The notes under the pieces were generated by a model, which saw nothing but the letters and a program-made list of their open reading frames with translations, did no database searches and was not told the origin of the DNA. A DNA stretch of 64,000 nucleotides from an uncultured Candidatus Binatia bacterium (GTDB lineage Bacteria; Desulfobacterota; Binatia; DP-6): assembly GCA_964432595.1 (NCBI GenBank), contig CAYSOF010000011.1, positions 47,757 through 111,756 of the forward strand, written 5' to 3'. A program made the translations under genes and the position numbers. Positions 1 to 11,883 of this stretch are shown one piece after another. The stretch's first letter is position 1, and each line of letters starts with the position of its first letter.

Positions 1-250
1 CCACGCCGGGCCGCCTCGTTCCACGCCCAACCGCGGCCGCCGGCATCGCGAGCCGCGTCATCCCCGCACCGATCTCGCGCCCGCTGGCGGCAGCACCGGC
101 GCGACCCGTCCATCGCCGCGCGCTGCTGCGCATCCCGGCGACGGACGACGACCCTCCGCAACCCGTGGTCTGACCCCCACTCCGGCCGGGCCGCCCCGGC
201 CACGATCCACGGTGTGATGAGCCGGCCCGCCGGCTCGGGAGGGCAGCACG

Positions 251-493
251 ATGATGCATGCGGTGATTCGTCACGGAGCGGACTCGCTCCACCTGATCGG
301 CCCCGTCGACGCCTACACGATGGAGGTTCTCCGCGACTACGCCAGCGCGTACGACCGCGGCCGGCTCCGCCGGCTCGAGATCGAAGTGACGCCCGACGAC
401 GAGCAGGCGCTCGCGCGACGCATGGGCGGCTGGCTCATGCGGCTCGCCCGCCACGGCGTCGCCGTCGAGGTCCGCGAGCACCCGTCGGTGTGA
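251..493 (+). CDS. hypothetical small protein (80 aa)
   Basis: ORF with balanced composition (MMHAVIRHGADSLHLIGPVDAYTMEVLRDYASAY...), unlike the overlapping Arg/Pro-rich shadow frames. No family recognised. Confidence 0.4.
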   Translation: MMHAVIRHGADSLHLIGPVDAYTMEVLRDYASAYDRGRLRRLEIEVTPDDEQALARRMGGWLMRLARHGVAVEVREHPSV

Positions 494-538
494 CGACGTG
501 CGGCTTGCCGTCGCGACGGGCATTCGCTACCCGCGCGC

Positions 539-1801
539 ATGGACGACTATCGCGCGCCGTTCGATCCGGGCTTCCGGCCGGCACAGCTCTCGCGGGCCGC
601 CCTCGCGATCCTCGCGCGCGAGTGGCAGATGGCGGCGCACCTCCAGGATCGCGCCGGCATCCCACAGGTCCTGGCGCGCCACGGCGCGACCGCCATGCGC
701 GAGGTCGCCATCGCCGAGTGGATGGCGGCGAGCCCCGTCTACACGCAGCGCATCCAGCGCGCGCTGCGCTTCGGCAGCGGCGACGTCGCCACCATCTTCA
801 AGGGCATGCAGTTCGACGTCGGCGCGCCGCACGGCTTCCTCGACTTCCGCTTCCGCCTCGACGACGACGGCAGCGGCGAGTTCTGGCTGCCGTACTGCGG
901 CGCGCTGATGGACGTCGAGCCGATGGGCGAGTCGCACGTCGTCGGGATGTGCCACACGATCGAGGACCCGACCTTCGACGCGACGGCGGGCGCGACGAAC
1001 CCGCGCGCGCAGGTACGCCCCGTCCATCGTCCCCCGCGCGTCCCGGCCGATCGCATCCCCCACTGCCAGTGGCGCGTGACGATCCCCTCCGACGCGCCGC
1101 CGTTCGCCGAGCACGCGCTGACCGGCGTCGTGCGCCGGTCCCGTCTGGCGCAGCTCGCACTGGACGACGTCCCCACCACGGCGACGGAGGGCCGCTGCGA
1201 CTACGCCGGCGCGTTCGATCCGGATCTCGAGCTCGAGGACCTCGCGCACGGCACGCTGCTCCGCGTCGCCGACGAGTTCTGCCTGCAGGGCCATCTCCTG
1301 GTCCGCGGGTTCATGCTGGCGATCGCCGAGCGGTGGGGCGACGCCGCCGCGCAGGAGATCGCTGCACACCAGTGGGTGGGCATCGCCGGCGTGGCCGCGG
1401 ACCGCATCGCCGCCGCCATGGGCCTCGCGAGCGACGACCTCGACGCCGCGGCGAAGCTCTTCCAGCTCCATCCCGCGTTCCATCCGCGGGCGTACATCGA
1501 CCTCCACGTCGAGCGCGACGCGGACGCGGTCCGCTGCTGGATCGGTCCCTGCCCCGCCCTCGAGGAAGGCGACGCCTATGGCTGGCTCGCCCTGCCCGCG
1601 GACGCCCGCCAGCGCGCGCTCGACGCCATCGCCCGCGTCGCGAGCCCGCACGCGCGCACCCGGCCGGCCGACGTCCCCGGCGCACCGATCGCGTGGACCG
1701 TCGCCATCGACCGGACGGCGGAACCGCTGCCCGAGCCGCCCGAGGTGGCGATCACGAAGCTCAGCCGGGGATCGACGTTTCGCTTCGCGTCGCGTCGCTG
1801 A
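539..1801 (+). CDS. hypothetical protein (420 aa), family not recognised
   Basis: Long ORF with ordinary composition (W/F/Y/K/E present) and an ATG start. The 3' end overlaps the convergent kinase gene by about 40 nt. Confidence 0.5.
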   Translation: MDDYRAPFDPGFRPAQLSRAALAILAREWQMAAHLQDRAGIPQVLARHGATAMREVAIAEWMAASPVYTQRIQRALRFGSGDVATIFKGMQFDVGAPHGFLDFRFRLDDDGSGEFWLPYCGALMDVEPMGESHVVGMCHTIEDPTFDATAGATNPRAQVRPVHRPPRVPADRIPHCQWRVTIPSDAPPFAEHALTGVVRRSRLAQLALDDVPTTATEGRCDYAGAFDPDLELEDLAHGTLLRVADEFCLQGHLLVRGFMLAIAERWGDAAAQEIAAHQWVGIAGVAADRIAAAMGLASDDLDAAAKLFQLHPAFHPRAYIDLHVERDADAVRCWIGPCPALEEGDAYGWLALPADARQRALDAIARVASPHARTRPADVPGAPIAWTVAIDRTAEPLPEPPEVAITKLSRGSTFRFASRR

Positions 1802-3782
1802 CCGCGAGCCAACGCGCGAGGACTTCGCCGAGCGTGCTCGATCGGACCGGCTTCGGCATGTAGTCGCTCATGCCCGCCGCGAGGCAGCGCTCGCGATCGC
1901 CGGCCATCGCGTTCGCCGTGAGCGCGATGACGGGGATCGCGTGGTTGCGCACCGCCGACGTCGGATCGCGGATGATGCGCGTCGCCTCGTAGCCGTCCAT
2001 CACCGGCATCTGGCAGTCCATCAGGACGACGTCGAACTCCTCGCGCTCGAGCGCGCACACCGCTTCCGCGCCGTTGCCGACGGCCACCGCCGCGTAGCCG
2101 AGCTTCCCGAGGAGCGCCATCGCCACCTGGGTGTTGACCGGGTTGTCCTCGACCAGCAGGACGCGGCGGCGCGCGGCCGCCTCGGACCGCTCGGCCGCGG
2201 CCGCGGCGCGCCGCGGCGCCGGCGCGTGCACGTCGAGCACGCCGTGGAGGCAGCTCAGCAGCTCGGCGCGACGCACGGGCTTCGCGACGCTCGCCGCGAA
2301 CGCCGACGTGTCGGCGCCGTCGCTCGCCGGCATGGCGACGCGTACGAGCCGCGTCGCGGCGAGCTCCGCCTCGGCGCGGATCGTGCGGGCCAGCGCGTCG
2401 CCGTCGGTGTCGGGCATCCAGCCGTCGATCAGCGCGACCGCGAAGGGATCGCCGTCGCGTACACCGGCCTGGAGCGCCGCCAGCGCCTCCGATGCGTTCG
2501 CCGCTTCCACGGCGCGTGCACCGAAGCGTGCCAGCAGCGTCGACAGCAGCGCGCGCGACGCGGCGTTGTCGTCGACGACCAGCACCCGCGATCCGCGCAC
2601 GACCGTCGAGGTCGCCGGCGGCACGAGGCTCTCCACGGTCGCGCGCTCGAAGCGCGCGGTGAACCAGAACGTCGAGCCCTGGCCCTCCGTGCTCTCGACC
2701 CCGATCGTGCCCTGCATGAGGTGGACGAGCTGCCGCGAGATCGCGAGGCCGAGGCCGGTGCCGCCGTACTGCCGGGTCGTCGAGCTGTCGACCTGGGTGA
2801 ACGACTCGAACACCCCGCTGAGCGCGTCCTTCGGGATGCCGATGCCGGTGTCGCGCACGCTGAAGCGGATGGTCGTGCCGTCGTCGCCGGCGACCGCGCA
2901 CGACACGTCGATCACGACCTCGCCCGTCGACGTGAACTTGAGCGCGTTGCCGACCAGGTTCAGCAGAACCTGGCGCAGGCGGCCGGGGTCGGCGCGGACC
3001 ACCTCCGGCACCTCCGGCCGCACGACGCCGATCAGCTCGATGCCCTTCTGCTCCGCGCGAAACGCCATCGCCGACGTCACGTCCTCGATCAGGAGGCGCA
3101 GGTCGACGTGCACCGTTTCGAGCTCGAGCTTGCCGGCCTCGATCTTCGACACGTCGAGGATGTCGTTGATCAGCTCGAGGAGGTGGTGGCTGCTGCGCTC
3201 GAGCGTGCGCGCGTACTCGCGCTGCTCGGACGACAGCTCGGTGTCGAGCAGGAGCTGCGTCATGCCGATCACCGCGTTCATCGGCGTGCGGATCTCGTGG
3301 CTCATGTTGGCGAGGAACGCGCTCTTGGCGCGGCTGGCCGCCTCCGCCCGCTCCTTCGCCGCCGACAGCTCCGCGGCCTGCTCCGCGATGCGATCGCGCG
3401 CCGCCGCCATCTCCCCGCGCGCCAGCACTTGCGCGGTCAGGTCGACGGAGAACATCACCAGGCCGCCGATGAGCCCGGCGTCGTCGCGCCAGGGGCGCAC
3501 CTCCCAGCGCAGCCACTGGAGGCTGCCGTCGGCACGGAGGAACGGATCCTCCTCGCGGGCGAGCACCTCGCCACGGAGGCAGCGCTGATGGATGGCACGC
3601 CACTCGCCGCTGATCTCGGGGAAGACGTCGTAGTGACTGCGCCCGATGACGTCCTGCTGCTCGATGCCGTAGTCGCGCAGCCACCGGCGGCTGACGGCGA
3701 TGTAGCGCACGTCGCGATCGAACATCGCGATGGCGCTGGGCGCCTGATCGACGAACAGGCGGAGCTGTGAAGTCTGGGCCAC
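1761..3782 (-). CDS. hybrid sensor histidine kinase (PAS - HisKA - HATPase_c - REC - REC)
   Basis: N-terminal PAS-like region. H-box SHEIRTPMNAVIGMTQLL. ATPase G-boxes DTGIGI / GGTGLGLAISRQLV. Two receiver domains (VLVVDDNAASRALL...IDGWMPDTDG and VLLVEDNPVNTQVA...VLMDCQMPVMDG). Confidence 0.9.
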   Translation of the reverse strand: MAQTSQLRLFVDQAPSAIAMFDRDVRYIAVSRRWLRDYGIEQQDVIGRSHYDVFPEISGEWRAIHQRCLRGEVLAREEDPFLRADGSLQWLRWEVRPWRDDAGLIGGLVMFSVDLTAQVLARGEMAAARDRIAEQAAELSAAKERAEAASRAKSAFLANMSHEIRTPMNAVIGMTQLLLDTELSSEQREYARTLERSSHHLLELINDILDVSKIEAGKLELETVHVDLRLLIEDVTSAMAFRAEQKGIELIGVVRPEVPEVVRADPGRLRQVLLNLVGNALKFTSTGEVVIDVSCAVAGDDGTTIRFSVRDTGIGIPKDALSGVFESFTQVDSSTTRQYGGTGLGLAISRQLVHLMQGTIGVESTEGQGSTFWFTARFERATVESLVPPATSTVVRGSRVLVVDDNAASRALLSTLLARFGARAVEAANASEALAALQAGVRDGDPFAVALIDGWMPDTDGDALARTIRAEAELAATRLVRVAMPASDGADTSAFAASVAKPVRRAELLSCLHGVLDVHAPAPRRAAAAAERSEAAARRRVLLVEDNPVNTQVAMALLGKLGYAAVAVGNGAEAVCALEREEFDVVLMDCQMPVMDGYEATRIIRDPTSAVRNHAIPVIALTANAMAGDRERCLAAGMSDYMPKPVRSSTLGEVLARWLAVSDATRSETSIPG

Positions 3783-3877
3783 GGAGGGTGCAGTCCTGCG
3801 ACGGATCTCTCGGCCATTCGGCCGCGGAGCTTGAGCGCCGACTTGTGCCGAATCGCCGTCTGACCGATACGACCGCC

Positions 3878-5257
3878 ATGCTCCGACTCGTCGCCGCTCT
3901 GGTCGTCCCGCCCCTCGTCATGATTCTGACACCCGCGCACGCCGCGTCCGGCAAAGGCGCCGGCTGCACCGCGGCCAAGCTCGTCGCCGCGGGCCAATAT
4001 CAGCTGTGCCGCGCCCAGGCCGACGCGAAGGCGGCGCGCAAGGGCATTCCCGCCGACCACACCCGGTGCGACGCGCAGCTGGCGAAGAAGTTCGCCCGCG
4101 CCGAGCAGCGCAGCGGCGGGACCTGCCCCACGACGGGCGACGAGGCGGAGGTCCGCCTGGCCGGGATGCGGCATGGCGACGCGATCGTCGACACGCTCAC
4201 CAGCGACGCCACGTGCTCCACGCAGGGCCTGCCGTTCGCGTACAGCTACATGATCACGAACCGTGCGACGCCGTTCGCCACCGAGATCCAGCAGGTCGTC
4301 CCGGCGGCGGCCGGTGCGCTGACGTACTTCACCGCGCCCGGGCCGTACGTCTCCCAGAACGTGTCGAACGCCTACACGGAGGTCTCGCAGGCGACGTTCG
4401 TCGAGCGGCTGCAGGCCGACCTCGCGCTCACCGCGTCGGGCGGCGCGCTCCATCTGGGCCTCTACGTCCATGGGCTCGGCAACGTCTTCACCGACGCCCT
4501 CTCCGAGGCGGCCGAGTTCGGGTGCAACCTGGCGACACCGGGGGCGTGGCCGGGCCTCCTGATCGGCTTCTCGTGGCCGAGCTACGACCTCGTCGGGTCG
4601 ACGCTCTTCTACGCGACCACCGGTCCGCCCCCGCCGCCCCTCGTTCCGCAGCGCAGCGGCTCGATCCGGGACAACATCCTCGGCAGCCGCGAGAGCTTCC
4701 AGAGCCTGCTGACGCTGCTCGCGGACGACGTCCTGCAAGGCGCGCCGTCGCCCGTCACGCTGACGCTGCTGACGCACTCGGAAGGCAACTACATGCTGAT
4801 GACGGGGCTGGGGGCCGCGACGTCGTCGCCGCCGATCGCCGAGTGCCTGATGCTGGCCGCCGACATCTCGTCGGTGTCGCTCCAGACCGGCGAGCAGGGC
4901 GACGGCATCACGAGCCGTTGCGACGACGTCACGGTGTACTACTCCGGCGCCGACCCCGACCTGGTCACGTCGGACTACGAGTTCTTCGCCTACCATCGCG
5001 CGGACTACCCGACGCGACTCGGTCTGATCGGCCCACACTACCTGCCCGATCCGACGCCGCTGGCGGCGAACGTCGAGGGCCTCGACTGCTCGCGTGTGAC
5101 CGTCTCCCCCGCCGTCGGCAGCATCATCGACGTGCACGGGTCGTATCGCAGCGTGCCGAAGATCCTTGCCGACATGACGGAGACGATGCTCGGGCAGCCG
5201 ACGACCGGCCGCACGCCGATCGACGGGACGACGCAAGGCTTCGTCCTCGTTCCGTAG
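3878..5257 (+). CDS. secreted hypothetical protein, possibly alpha/beta-hydrolase-like
   Basis: Signal peptide MLRLVAALVVPPLVMILTPAHAASG. Cys-rich N-terminus. A nucleophile-elbow-like LTHSEGN motif. The in-frame GTG at 3767 was rejected as the start in favour of the ATG at 3878, which gives a canonical signal peptide. Confidence 0.6.
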   Translation: MLRLVAALVVPPLVMILTPAHAASGKGAGCTAAKLVAAGQYQLCRAQADAKAARKGIPADHTRCDAQLAKKFARAEQRSGGTCPTTGDEAEVRLAGMRHGDAIVDTLTSDATCSTQGLPFAYSYMITNRATPFATEIQQVVPAAAGALTYFTAPGPYVSQNVSNAYTEVSQATFVERLQADLALTASGGALHLGLYVHGLGNVFTDALSEAAEFGCNLATPGAWPGLLIGFSWPSYDLVGSTLFYATTGPPPPPLVPQRSGSIRDNILGSRESFQSLLTLLADDVLQGAPSPVTLTLLTHSEGNYMLMTGLGAATSSPPIAECLMLAADISSVSLQTGEQGDGITSRCDDVTVYYSGADPDLVTSDYEFFAYHRADYPTRLGLIGPHYLPDPTPLAANVEGLDCSRVTVSPAVGSIIDVHGSYRSVPKILADMTETMLGQPTTGRTPIDGTTQGFVLVP

Positions 5258-5329
5258 TGGTTGCTCCAGCGGGAGCGGCGGCGCATCGTCGGCGCCGTCG
5301 TCAACCGCAGATTGGAGGGAGGATCCGCG

Positions 5330-5941
5330 ATGATCACGCTGTACCATTCCCCGCAGAGCCGTTCCGGACGTCCGCGCTGGCTGCTCGAAGAGATCGGCGT
5401 CCCGTACGAAGTGAAGCGCCTGGACCTGCAGGCGGGCGAGCAGAAGACGCCGGAGTACCTGAAGCTCAATCCGAACGGCGCCGTGCCGACGCTCGTCGAC
5501 GGCGACACCGTGCTGTGGGAGTCAGCCGCGATCTGCCAGTACCTGGCCGACAAGTTCCCCGAGAAGAACCTGGCCCCGAAGGTCGGCACGCCCGAGCGCG
5601 GCAAGTACTACCAGTGGATCCACTACGCGATGTCGGGCCTCGAGCCGCCCGCCGTCACGATCTTCCTGCACACGGTCTTCCTGCCGGAGGCGGAACGCCT
5701 GCCGCAGCTCGTCGACGGCGCACGCCAGCAGATCGCCGCGGCCGTGCAGGTCCTCGACGACGCGCTCGCCGGCCGCGAGTGGATCCTCGGCAGTCAGTTC
5801 AGCGCGGCCGACGTGATGATCGGCTCGACGCTGATGTGGTGTCAGATGATGGGCATGGTCGACCCGGCGAAGCAGAACGTCGCCGCGTATCTCGCCCGCT
5901 GCATGGCGCGACCGGCCGTGCAGCGCGCGAACGCCGACTGA
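5330..5941 (+). CDS. gst: glutathione S-transferase
   Basis: GST N-terminal thioredoxin-like fold (MITLYHSPQSRSGRPRWLLEEIGVPYE...NPNGAVPTLVDGDTVLWESAAICQYL) and alpha-helical C-domain. GGAGGGAGG RBS upstream of the ATG at 5330. Confidence 0.85.
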   Translation: MITLYHSPQSRSGRPRWLLEEIGVPYEVKRLDLQAGEQKTPEYLKLNPNGAVPTLVDGDTVLWESAAICQYLADKFPEKNLAPKVGTPERGKYYQWIHYAMSGLEPPAVTIFLHTVFLPEAERLPQLVDGARQQIAAAVQVLDDALAGREWILGSQFSAADVMIGSTLMWCQMMGMVDPAKQNVAAYLARCMARPAVQRANAD

Positions 5942-5997
5942 TCAGCACTCACGGAGACCGTGGGCGGCCGTCTCCGATGGGAGACGGCCGCCGCCGC

Positions 5998-8196
5998 TCA
6001 GCCCCCGTTCTGCGCCGGCACGTAGTCGCGGCACGGCTGGCCGCGGAGCCCCGGGCACGGCGGCAGCGCGTCGGGCGCGTCGCCGTTGGGCACCACCGAC
6101 AAGACGACCCGCGACGCGCGCTCGTAGGTGCGCGCCACGTCGTTCACCACCGTGCCGTCGGTGTCGTAGGTGGCGAACGCCCAGCTCGTGCGGTCGCCGC
6201 CCGGCGCCTCGACGCTCACCCGGATGCGCGAGCCGGCGCGGAACACGTGCGCCGACGCGAACAACGCGACGCGCAGGAGCTCGAAGTCGCCCGGCATGGG
6301 CTCCGCGTCCTTCTCGAGATGGGTCGGACGGGGATCCGTGCGCGTGGTGGCGCGACGATCGAGCTTGCGATGGCTGGCGCGGAGCCAGCCGCTCTGCACG
6401 TAGTACTCCTTGCCGTCGGGACGGATCTCCGAGAGCGTCACCTGGAGATCGGTGTCCGCAGCGCTCGAGCGCAGCCACAGGTCCACGCTGCCCGGGCCGA
6501 CGACGGTGACGTCGTTCGCGAGCGGCTCGGTGGCGTACGCGACCGCGGTATCCCCGAGGAGCGGCCGCCAATCGTACGACGGGATCACCGCCCACGGATC
6601 GGACTGGCCGCTGGTGCCGAGGGTCCGCATCGGACGCGCCTCCGGATCGGGACGGAACGTGTCGTAGTCGTCGCTGCCGCGCGGCGCGCGGCGACGGACG
6701 AGCGCGCCGTCGTCGCCGAAGTAGAGCTTGGTGGGCCGGGCCTTCGGCGGCGGCCACTTCGTGTAGCCGAGCTCGAAGCGCGGCGCCGGCAGACCGGCGA
6801 CGGCCGACCCGCCGCCGTTCTCCATCAGCACGCGCACGTGCGGATCGGACTCGAACAGCTTCCGGGCGGCCTCGAGGCTGGTGATGCCGTCGTAGCGGTC
6901 GGCGGGCACCGGCGGCGTCGGCGCGCCGCCACCGAGGATCTGCGAGTAGATGATGGGCGCGATCGGGGCCGCGCGGCTCGGGTCGGGAATGCGCTTCGCC
7001 ACGTAGATGTCGAGGAACGCGATCCAGTTCCACAGGATCGCCGGCTCCATCGGGCTCGTGTGCACCCCGTTGATGACGCTGATCTTGACGTCCTTCCGGC
7101 GCGGAAACTTGCGCAGCATGGACGCGAAGTCGCCGCCCGTCTGCTCGTCCTGGAAAGCGGCGGCGTAGAACATCGGCACCTGGATCTTCGACACCCAGTT
7201 GATCGGCGAGCGCGGGTCCATCAGCACGTCGTCGTAGTACGGACGCGTCTGCGTGAACTCGATCGGGTCGAGCGTCTGCAGGCGGAGGCGCTGGTTCGCG
7301 GCGCACGTCTGGTCGCCGTTGTTGACGCGACGGCGCGCCCATCCCTGGCCGCCCTGCGGCGCCGGGGCGGCGTCGTCCTTGCGCTCCTGGAGCCAGCTCT
7401 GCGCGAAGCCGTTGTTGAAGATGCCGCCGGGGAAGCCGGGCGAGCGGTAGATGTCGGCGATGGTCGAGAACGGCGCCACCGCGGCGAGATGCGGCGGGCG
7501 CGCGCCGGCGACGAAGAGCTGGCTGATGCCGGGGAACGAGATGCCGATCATGCCGACGACGCCGTCCTGCACCCACGACTGCGCGGCGACCGTCTCGACG
7601 ATGTCGTAGCCGTCTGCGGTGGTGGGCAGGTCGAAGAGGTCGATGACGCCGCCCGAGCAGCCCGAGCCGCGCATGTTGACGCCGACCGTGGCATAGCCGA
7701 GCGCGCTGGCGAGCAGCGACGACGGCTCGGAGCGATCCGGATCGGAGACCGCGTACCCCGAGTACTCGATGAGCGTCGGGAACGGACCGTCGGCGAGCGT
7801 CTTGCCGAGCGGCGGACGGACCATCGCCGAGAGCAGCGTACCGTCGCGCGCCTGGATGTACTGGAACCCGGCGACGAGTGTCTTCCCGGCGTAGAACCCT
7901 GCGTCGGGGTGATCCTCGAACACGAGCGTCGTGACCGCCGTCGGCGCGCCGCCGTTCGTCAGGTCGCGGAGCCAATAGGTGTTGCCCTCGCCGAGCTCGC
8001 GGAACACCAGGCTGCCGAAGGCGTCGGTGACCCCCTGCGACAGCTCGGCATGGTGCTCGTCGTCGAGCGCGATCTGGGTACCGGGGGCGGCGTCCTTCAC
8101 GGCGACGAAGCCGATACCGGACTGCACGGTAAGGGCCGCGGCCTGCGCGACGGATGCGAGCAGGGCGCAGAGGGACAGAAGCACGATTCGGCGCAT
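5998..8196 (-). CDS. CocE/NonD-family (S15, X-Pro dipeptidyl-peptidase-like) secreted hydrolase
   Basis: Signal peptide MRRIVLLSLCALLASVAQAAA with a GAGGAG RBS. Nucleophile elbow GMIGISFPG (GxS[YF]xG). Long C-terminal beta-sandwich typical of CocE/NonD. Confidence 0.8.
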   Translation of the reverse strand: MRRIVLLSLCALLASVAQAAALTVQSGIGFVAVKDAAPGTQIALDDEHHAELSQGVTDAFGSLVFRELGEGNTYWLRDLTNGGAPTAVTTLVFEDHPDAGFYAGKTLVAGFQYIQARDGTLLSAMVRPPLGKTLADGPFPTLIEYSGYAVSDPDRSEPSSLLASALGYATVGVNMRGSGCSGGVIDLFDLPTTADGYDIVETVAAQSWVQDGVVGMIGISFPGISQLFVAGARPPHLAAVAPFSTIADIYRSPGFPGGIFNNGFAQSWLQERKDDAAPAPQGGQGWARRRVNNGDQTCAANQRLRLQTLDPIEFTQTRPYYDDVLMDPRSPINWVSKIQVPMFYAAAFQDEQTGGDFASMLRKFPRRKDVKISVINGVHTSPMEPAILWNWIAFLDIYVAKRIPDPSRAAPIAPIIYSQILGGGAPTPPVPADRYDGITSLEAARKLFESDPHVRVLMENGGGSAVAGLPAPRFELGYTKWPPPKARPTKLYFGDDGALVRRRAPRGSDDYDTFRPDPEARPMRTLGTSGQSDPWAVIPSYDWRPLLGDTAVAYATEPLANDVTVVGPGSVDLWLRSSAADTDLQVTLSEIRPDGKEYYVQSGWLRASHRKLDRRATTRTDPRPTHLEKDAEPMPGDFELLRVALFASAHVFRAGSRIRVSVEAPGGDRTSWAFATYDTDGTVVNDVARTYERASRVVLSVVPNGDAPDALPPCPGLRGQPCRDYVPAQNGG

Positions 8197-8219
8197 GGAT
8201 CTCCTCGTGTGGGGTCGGT

Positions 8220-9842
8220 TCACGGATGGCCGGCGCCGGTCGGAGACGAGATCCCCCCCGGGCTCGATGGTGGCTCGACCCTACCCGGGGTTCCGGTCGT
8301 TCGTCCATGAAAATCATGGGGCCACGCCACGCTGACGACGACCAGGAGGAGCGCAAGCCAACCGGGCCAGTCGCCCAGCCATGCATAGATGGTCACCTCG
8401 TCGAGCGCATGGACGGTGCCACGCAGGTTCTCGCGGGTGAGCACGCCGGTGCGGGCCACGAGCCGGCCGGCGGGATCGACGATCGCGCTGATGCCGCTGT
8501 TGGTCGCACGTACGAGGAAGCGGCGCTGCTCGACGGCGCGCAGCCGCGCCAGCGAGAGGTGGATCCACGGCTCCTGCGAATCCCCGAACCACGCGTCGTT
8601 CGCGAGCGTCACGAGGAGGTTCGGCCGCCCAGCGCGCATCATCCGCCGCACGAACTCGGGCCGCACGACCTCGTAGCAGATGGGCACCGCGATCCGCCAC
8701 GCGCCGAGCCGCAACGCCGGCGTCTCGGTGGAGGCGCGAAAGTCCTGCACGTGCGGGAACCACCGGGCCAGCCCCGGCAACACCCCGGCCAGCGGCACGT
8801 ACTCCGCCAGGGGGATCAGCAGGTTCTTGTCGTAGGCCTCGCGAATCGTCCCGTCGGCGTCGATCAGAAACGCCGAGTTCCCCGTCCGCAGGCGGCCGTC
8901 CTCGTCCCACACCGAGCTACCGCCGAACAGCAGCGGTGATCGCAGCTCCTCGCGAATCAGCGCACCGGAAACGGGGAGCGGACGGCGCAGGCCGCGCACG
9001 TATGCGGTCTCGGGCCAGACGACCAGGTCGACGGGCCCGCCCGCGAGCAGCTCGCGCGTCTGCGCCAGGTGGCGCGCGTGCGTGACGAGGCTCTGCTCGC
9101 GCTTCTCGAGCAGCCCGAGGTTGGCCTGCACGAGCCCCACGCGCAGCGCGGGCGCCGCGGCGATCGCCCGCTCCGTCGCCGCGATCCGCCACGCGCCGTA
9201 GCCGGCGGCCGCGATCGCCACGGCGAGGCTCACCGCGCACGCGAGGCGCGGCCGGTCGCGCTCGCCGCGGAGCCATCTCCACGTCTCGTAGGCGGCGACG
9301 TTGGCGGTCGCGACGAGCGCGGTGAGCAGGAGCGGGCCGCCGAGGTCCGCCGTCTGGATCCAGAGCGGGACCGCGACGAGCGCCGCCCCGGCGTTCACCG
9401 GAAACAGGTGCGGCTGGAGCCATTCGAGCGCCAGCAGCGCCGGGAGCCCGGCGACGGCCATCGACCAGCCGCGCCGCCGCACCGCCTGCACGACGAGCGC
9501 GTACAGCCCGAAGCCGGCCGCGAACCACGCGCCGTAGGCGAGCCAGCACATCGCGCCGACCACGAGCCGCCCGGCGAGGAACACCTCGACGAGCGGCCAT
9601 AGCCAGACGAAGCCGCCGGCGTACGCCGCCGCCCCGAACGCGAGCCCGACGGCGACCGCCGCGCGCCGCGTCCGCACGGCCTCGATCGCACGCCAGAGCG
9701 GCACCAGGAACACGAGGAGGCACGGCCAGACGCCGACACCGAGGTAGCCGAGGAAGTAGAGGACGCCGCCGACGGCGGCCGACACTGCCGGGGTGCGCAC
9801 CCTGCTACGTGGCGAGATCGCGGCAGACCGTCGCGCTCGCAT
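8220..9842 (-). CDS. lnt: apolipoprotein N-acyltransferase
   Basis: N-terminal polytopic membrane region plus a C-terminal CN-hydrolase domain (LRVGLVQANLG, VVWPETA, ICYEVVRPEF, NDAWFG). The start is uncertain: ATG at 9842, or GTG at 9785 which avoids overlap with the upstream gene. Confidence 0.85.
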   Translation of the reverse strand: MRARRSAAISPRSRVRTPAVSAAVGGVLYFLGYLGVGVWPCLLVFLVPLWRAIEAVRTRRAAVAVGLAFGAAAYAGGFVWLWPLVEVFLAGRLVVGAMCWLAYGAWFAAGFGLYALVVQAVRRRGWSMAVAGLPALLALEWLQPHLFPVNAGAALVAVPLWIQTADLGGPLLLTALVATANVAAYETWRWLRGERDRPRLACAVSLAVAIAAAGYGAWRIAATERAIAAAPALRVGLVQANLGLLEKREQSLVTHARHLAQTRELLAGGPVDLVVWPETAYVRGLRRPLPVSGALIREELRSPLLFGGSSVWDEDGRLRTGNSAFLIDADGTIREAYDKNLLIPLAEYVPLAGVLPGLARWFPHVQDFRASTETPALRLGAWRIAVPICYEVVRPEFVRRMMRAGRPNLLVTLANDAWFGDSQEPWIHLSLARLRAVEQRRFLVRATNSGISAIVDPAGRLVARTGVLTRENLRGTVHALDEVTIYAWLGDWPGWLALLLVVVSVAWPHDFHGRTTGTPGRVEPPSSPGGISSPTGAGHP

Positions 9843-10526
9843 CGGCCCGCTCGCGCGCCGTGCGGCCTTCCTGATCCTTCAACGACGCGTCGGCGCCGAG
9901 CGCGAGGAGCTTCGACGCCGTCGCCACGTTGCCCTTGGCGCAGGCGACGATCAGCGGCGTGTCGCCGAAGCGGTCGCGCACGTTCACGTTCGCCTGGCGC
10001 CCGGCCAGGAACGCGACGACGTCGACGCGATCGTTGAGCGCCGCGTGGAACAGCGGCGTGCGTCCCTGCTCGTCCGGGCGATCCGCCACGGCGCCCGCAC
10101 CGGCGAGATACTCGACGACGTCGAGCCGCCCGTCCGCCGCCGCGTAGCTGAGCGCCGTCCGCCCGCCCACGTCGGTCTCGTCGACCGCGGCGCCTCGTCC
10201 CTGGAGCCAGCGCGCCAGCTCGAGGTCGCCCGCGTCCATGACCGCCAGCATCACGACGCCGCGGCCGAGCTCGTCGTGCGCGTCGAGCGGGGCGCCGAGC
10301 TCGAGCGCCCGCTCGACGGTCCGCCGGTCGCCGCGACGGACCCCGTCGAGGAGCCGCTGCGCCATGGTGAACGTCTCGGGCGCGCGCGGCTCGCCCGTAC
10401 CCATGGCGAGGTTCCCGCCGCCACCCGTCCCACCCGTCGGGGTGGGAGGGCGCGCGGCGGGCGGCGCCGGCTCGTCGCCGCACGCGACGACGAGCAGCAG
10501 CGCCGCCAGCCAGGCTCGACGCGGCG

Positions 10527-10530
<4 letters not shown>
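9805..10530 (-). CDS. ankyrin-repeat lipoprotein (start codon unresolved)
   Basis: Three or four ANK repeats (GRTALSYAAADGRLDVVEYLAGAGA, GRTPLFHAALNDRVDVVAFLAG, GDTPLIVACAKGNVATASKLLALGAD). Upstream lipoprotein-type signal RRAWLAALLLVVACGDE, but no in-frame ATG/GTG/TTG 5' of it. The end coordinate is approximate. Confidence 0.6.
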
Positions 10531-11861
<1,331 letters not shown>

Positions 11862-11883
11862 CCCCCCTCTTCCGACGGACTCG

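Noticed and set aside
214-1863. 549-aa plus-strand ORF
   Set aside because: Arg/Pro/Gly/Ala-dominated low-complexity translation. It overlaps two better-supported genes in another frame, the typical off-frame ORF of high-GC DNA.
1576-3978. 800-aa minus and 730-aa plus ORFs overlapping the histidine kinase
   Set aside because: Shadow frames of the 1761-3782 hybrid kinase. Translations are Arg/Ala/Gly-rich with no motifs.
4006-8386. 1434-aa plus and 814-aa minus ORFs spanning 4-8.4 kb
   Set aside because: They run across three independently supported genes (secreted protein, GST, CocE hydrolase) in wrong frames or antisense. Low-complexity translations.
8917-10483. Internal ORFs within the lnt and ankyrin genes (8917-9723 -, 9069-9602 +, 9395-10483 -)
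   Set aside because: Alternative frames of lnt and the ankyrin gene. Arg-rich.
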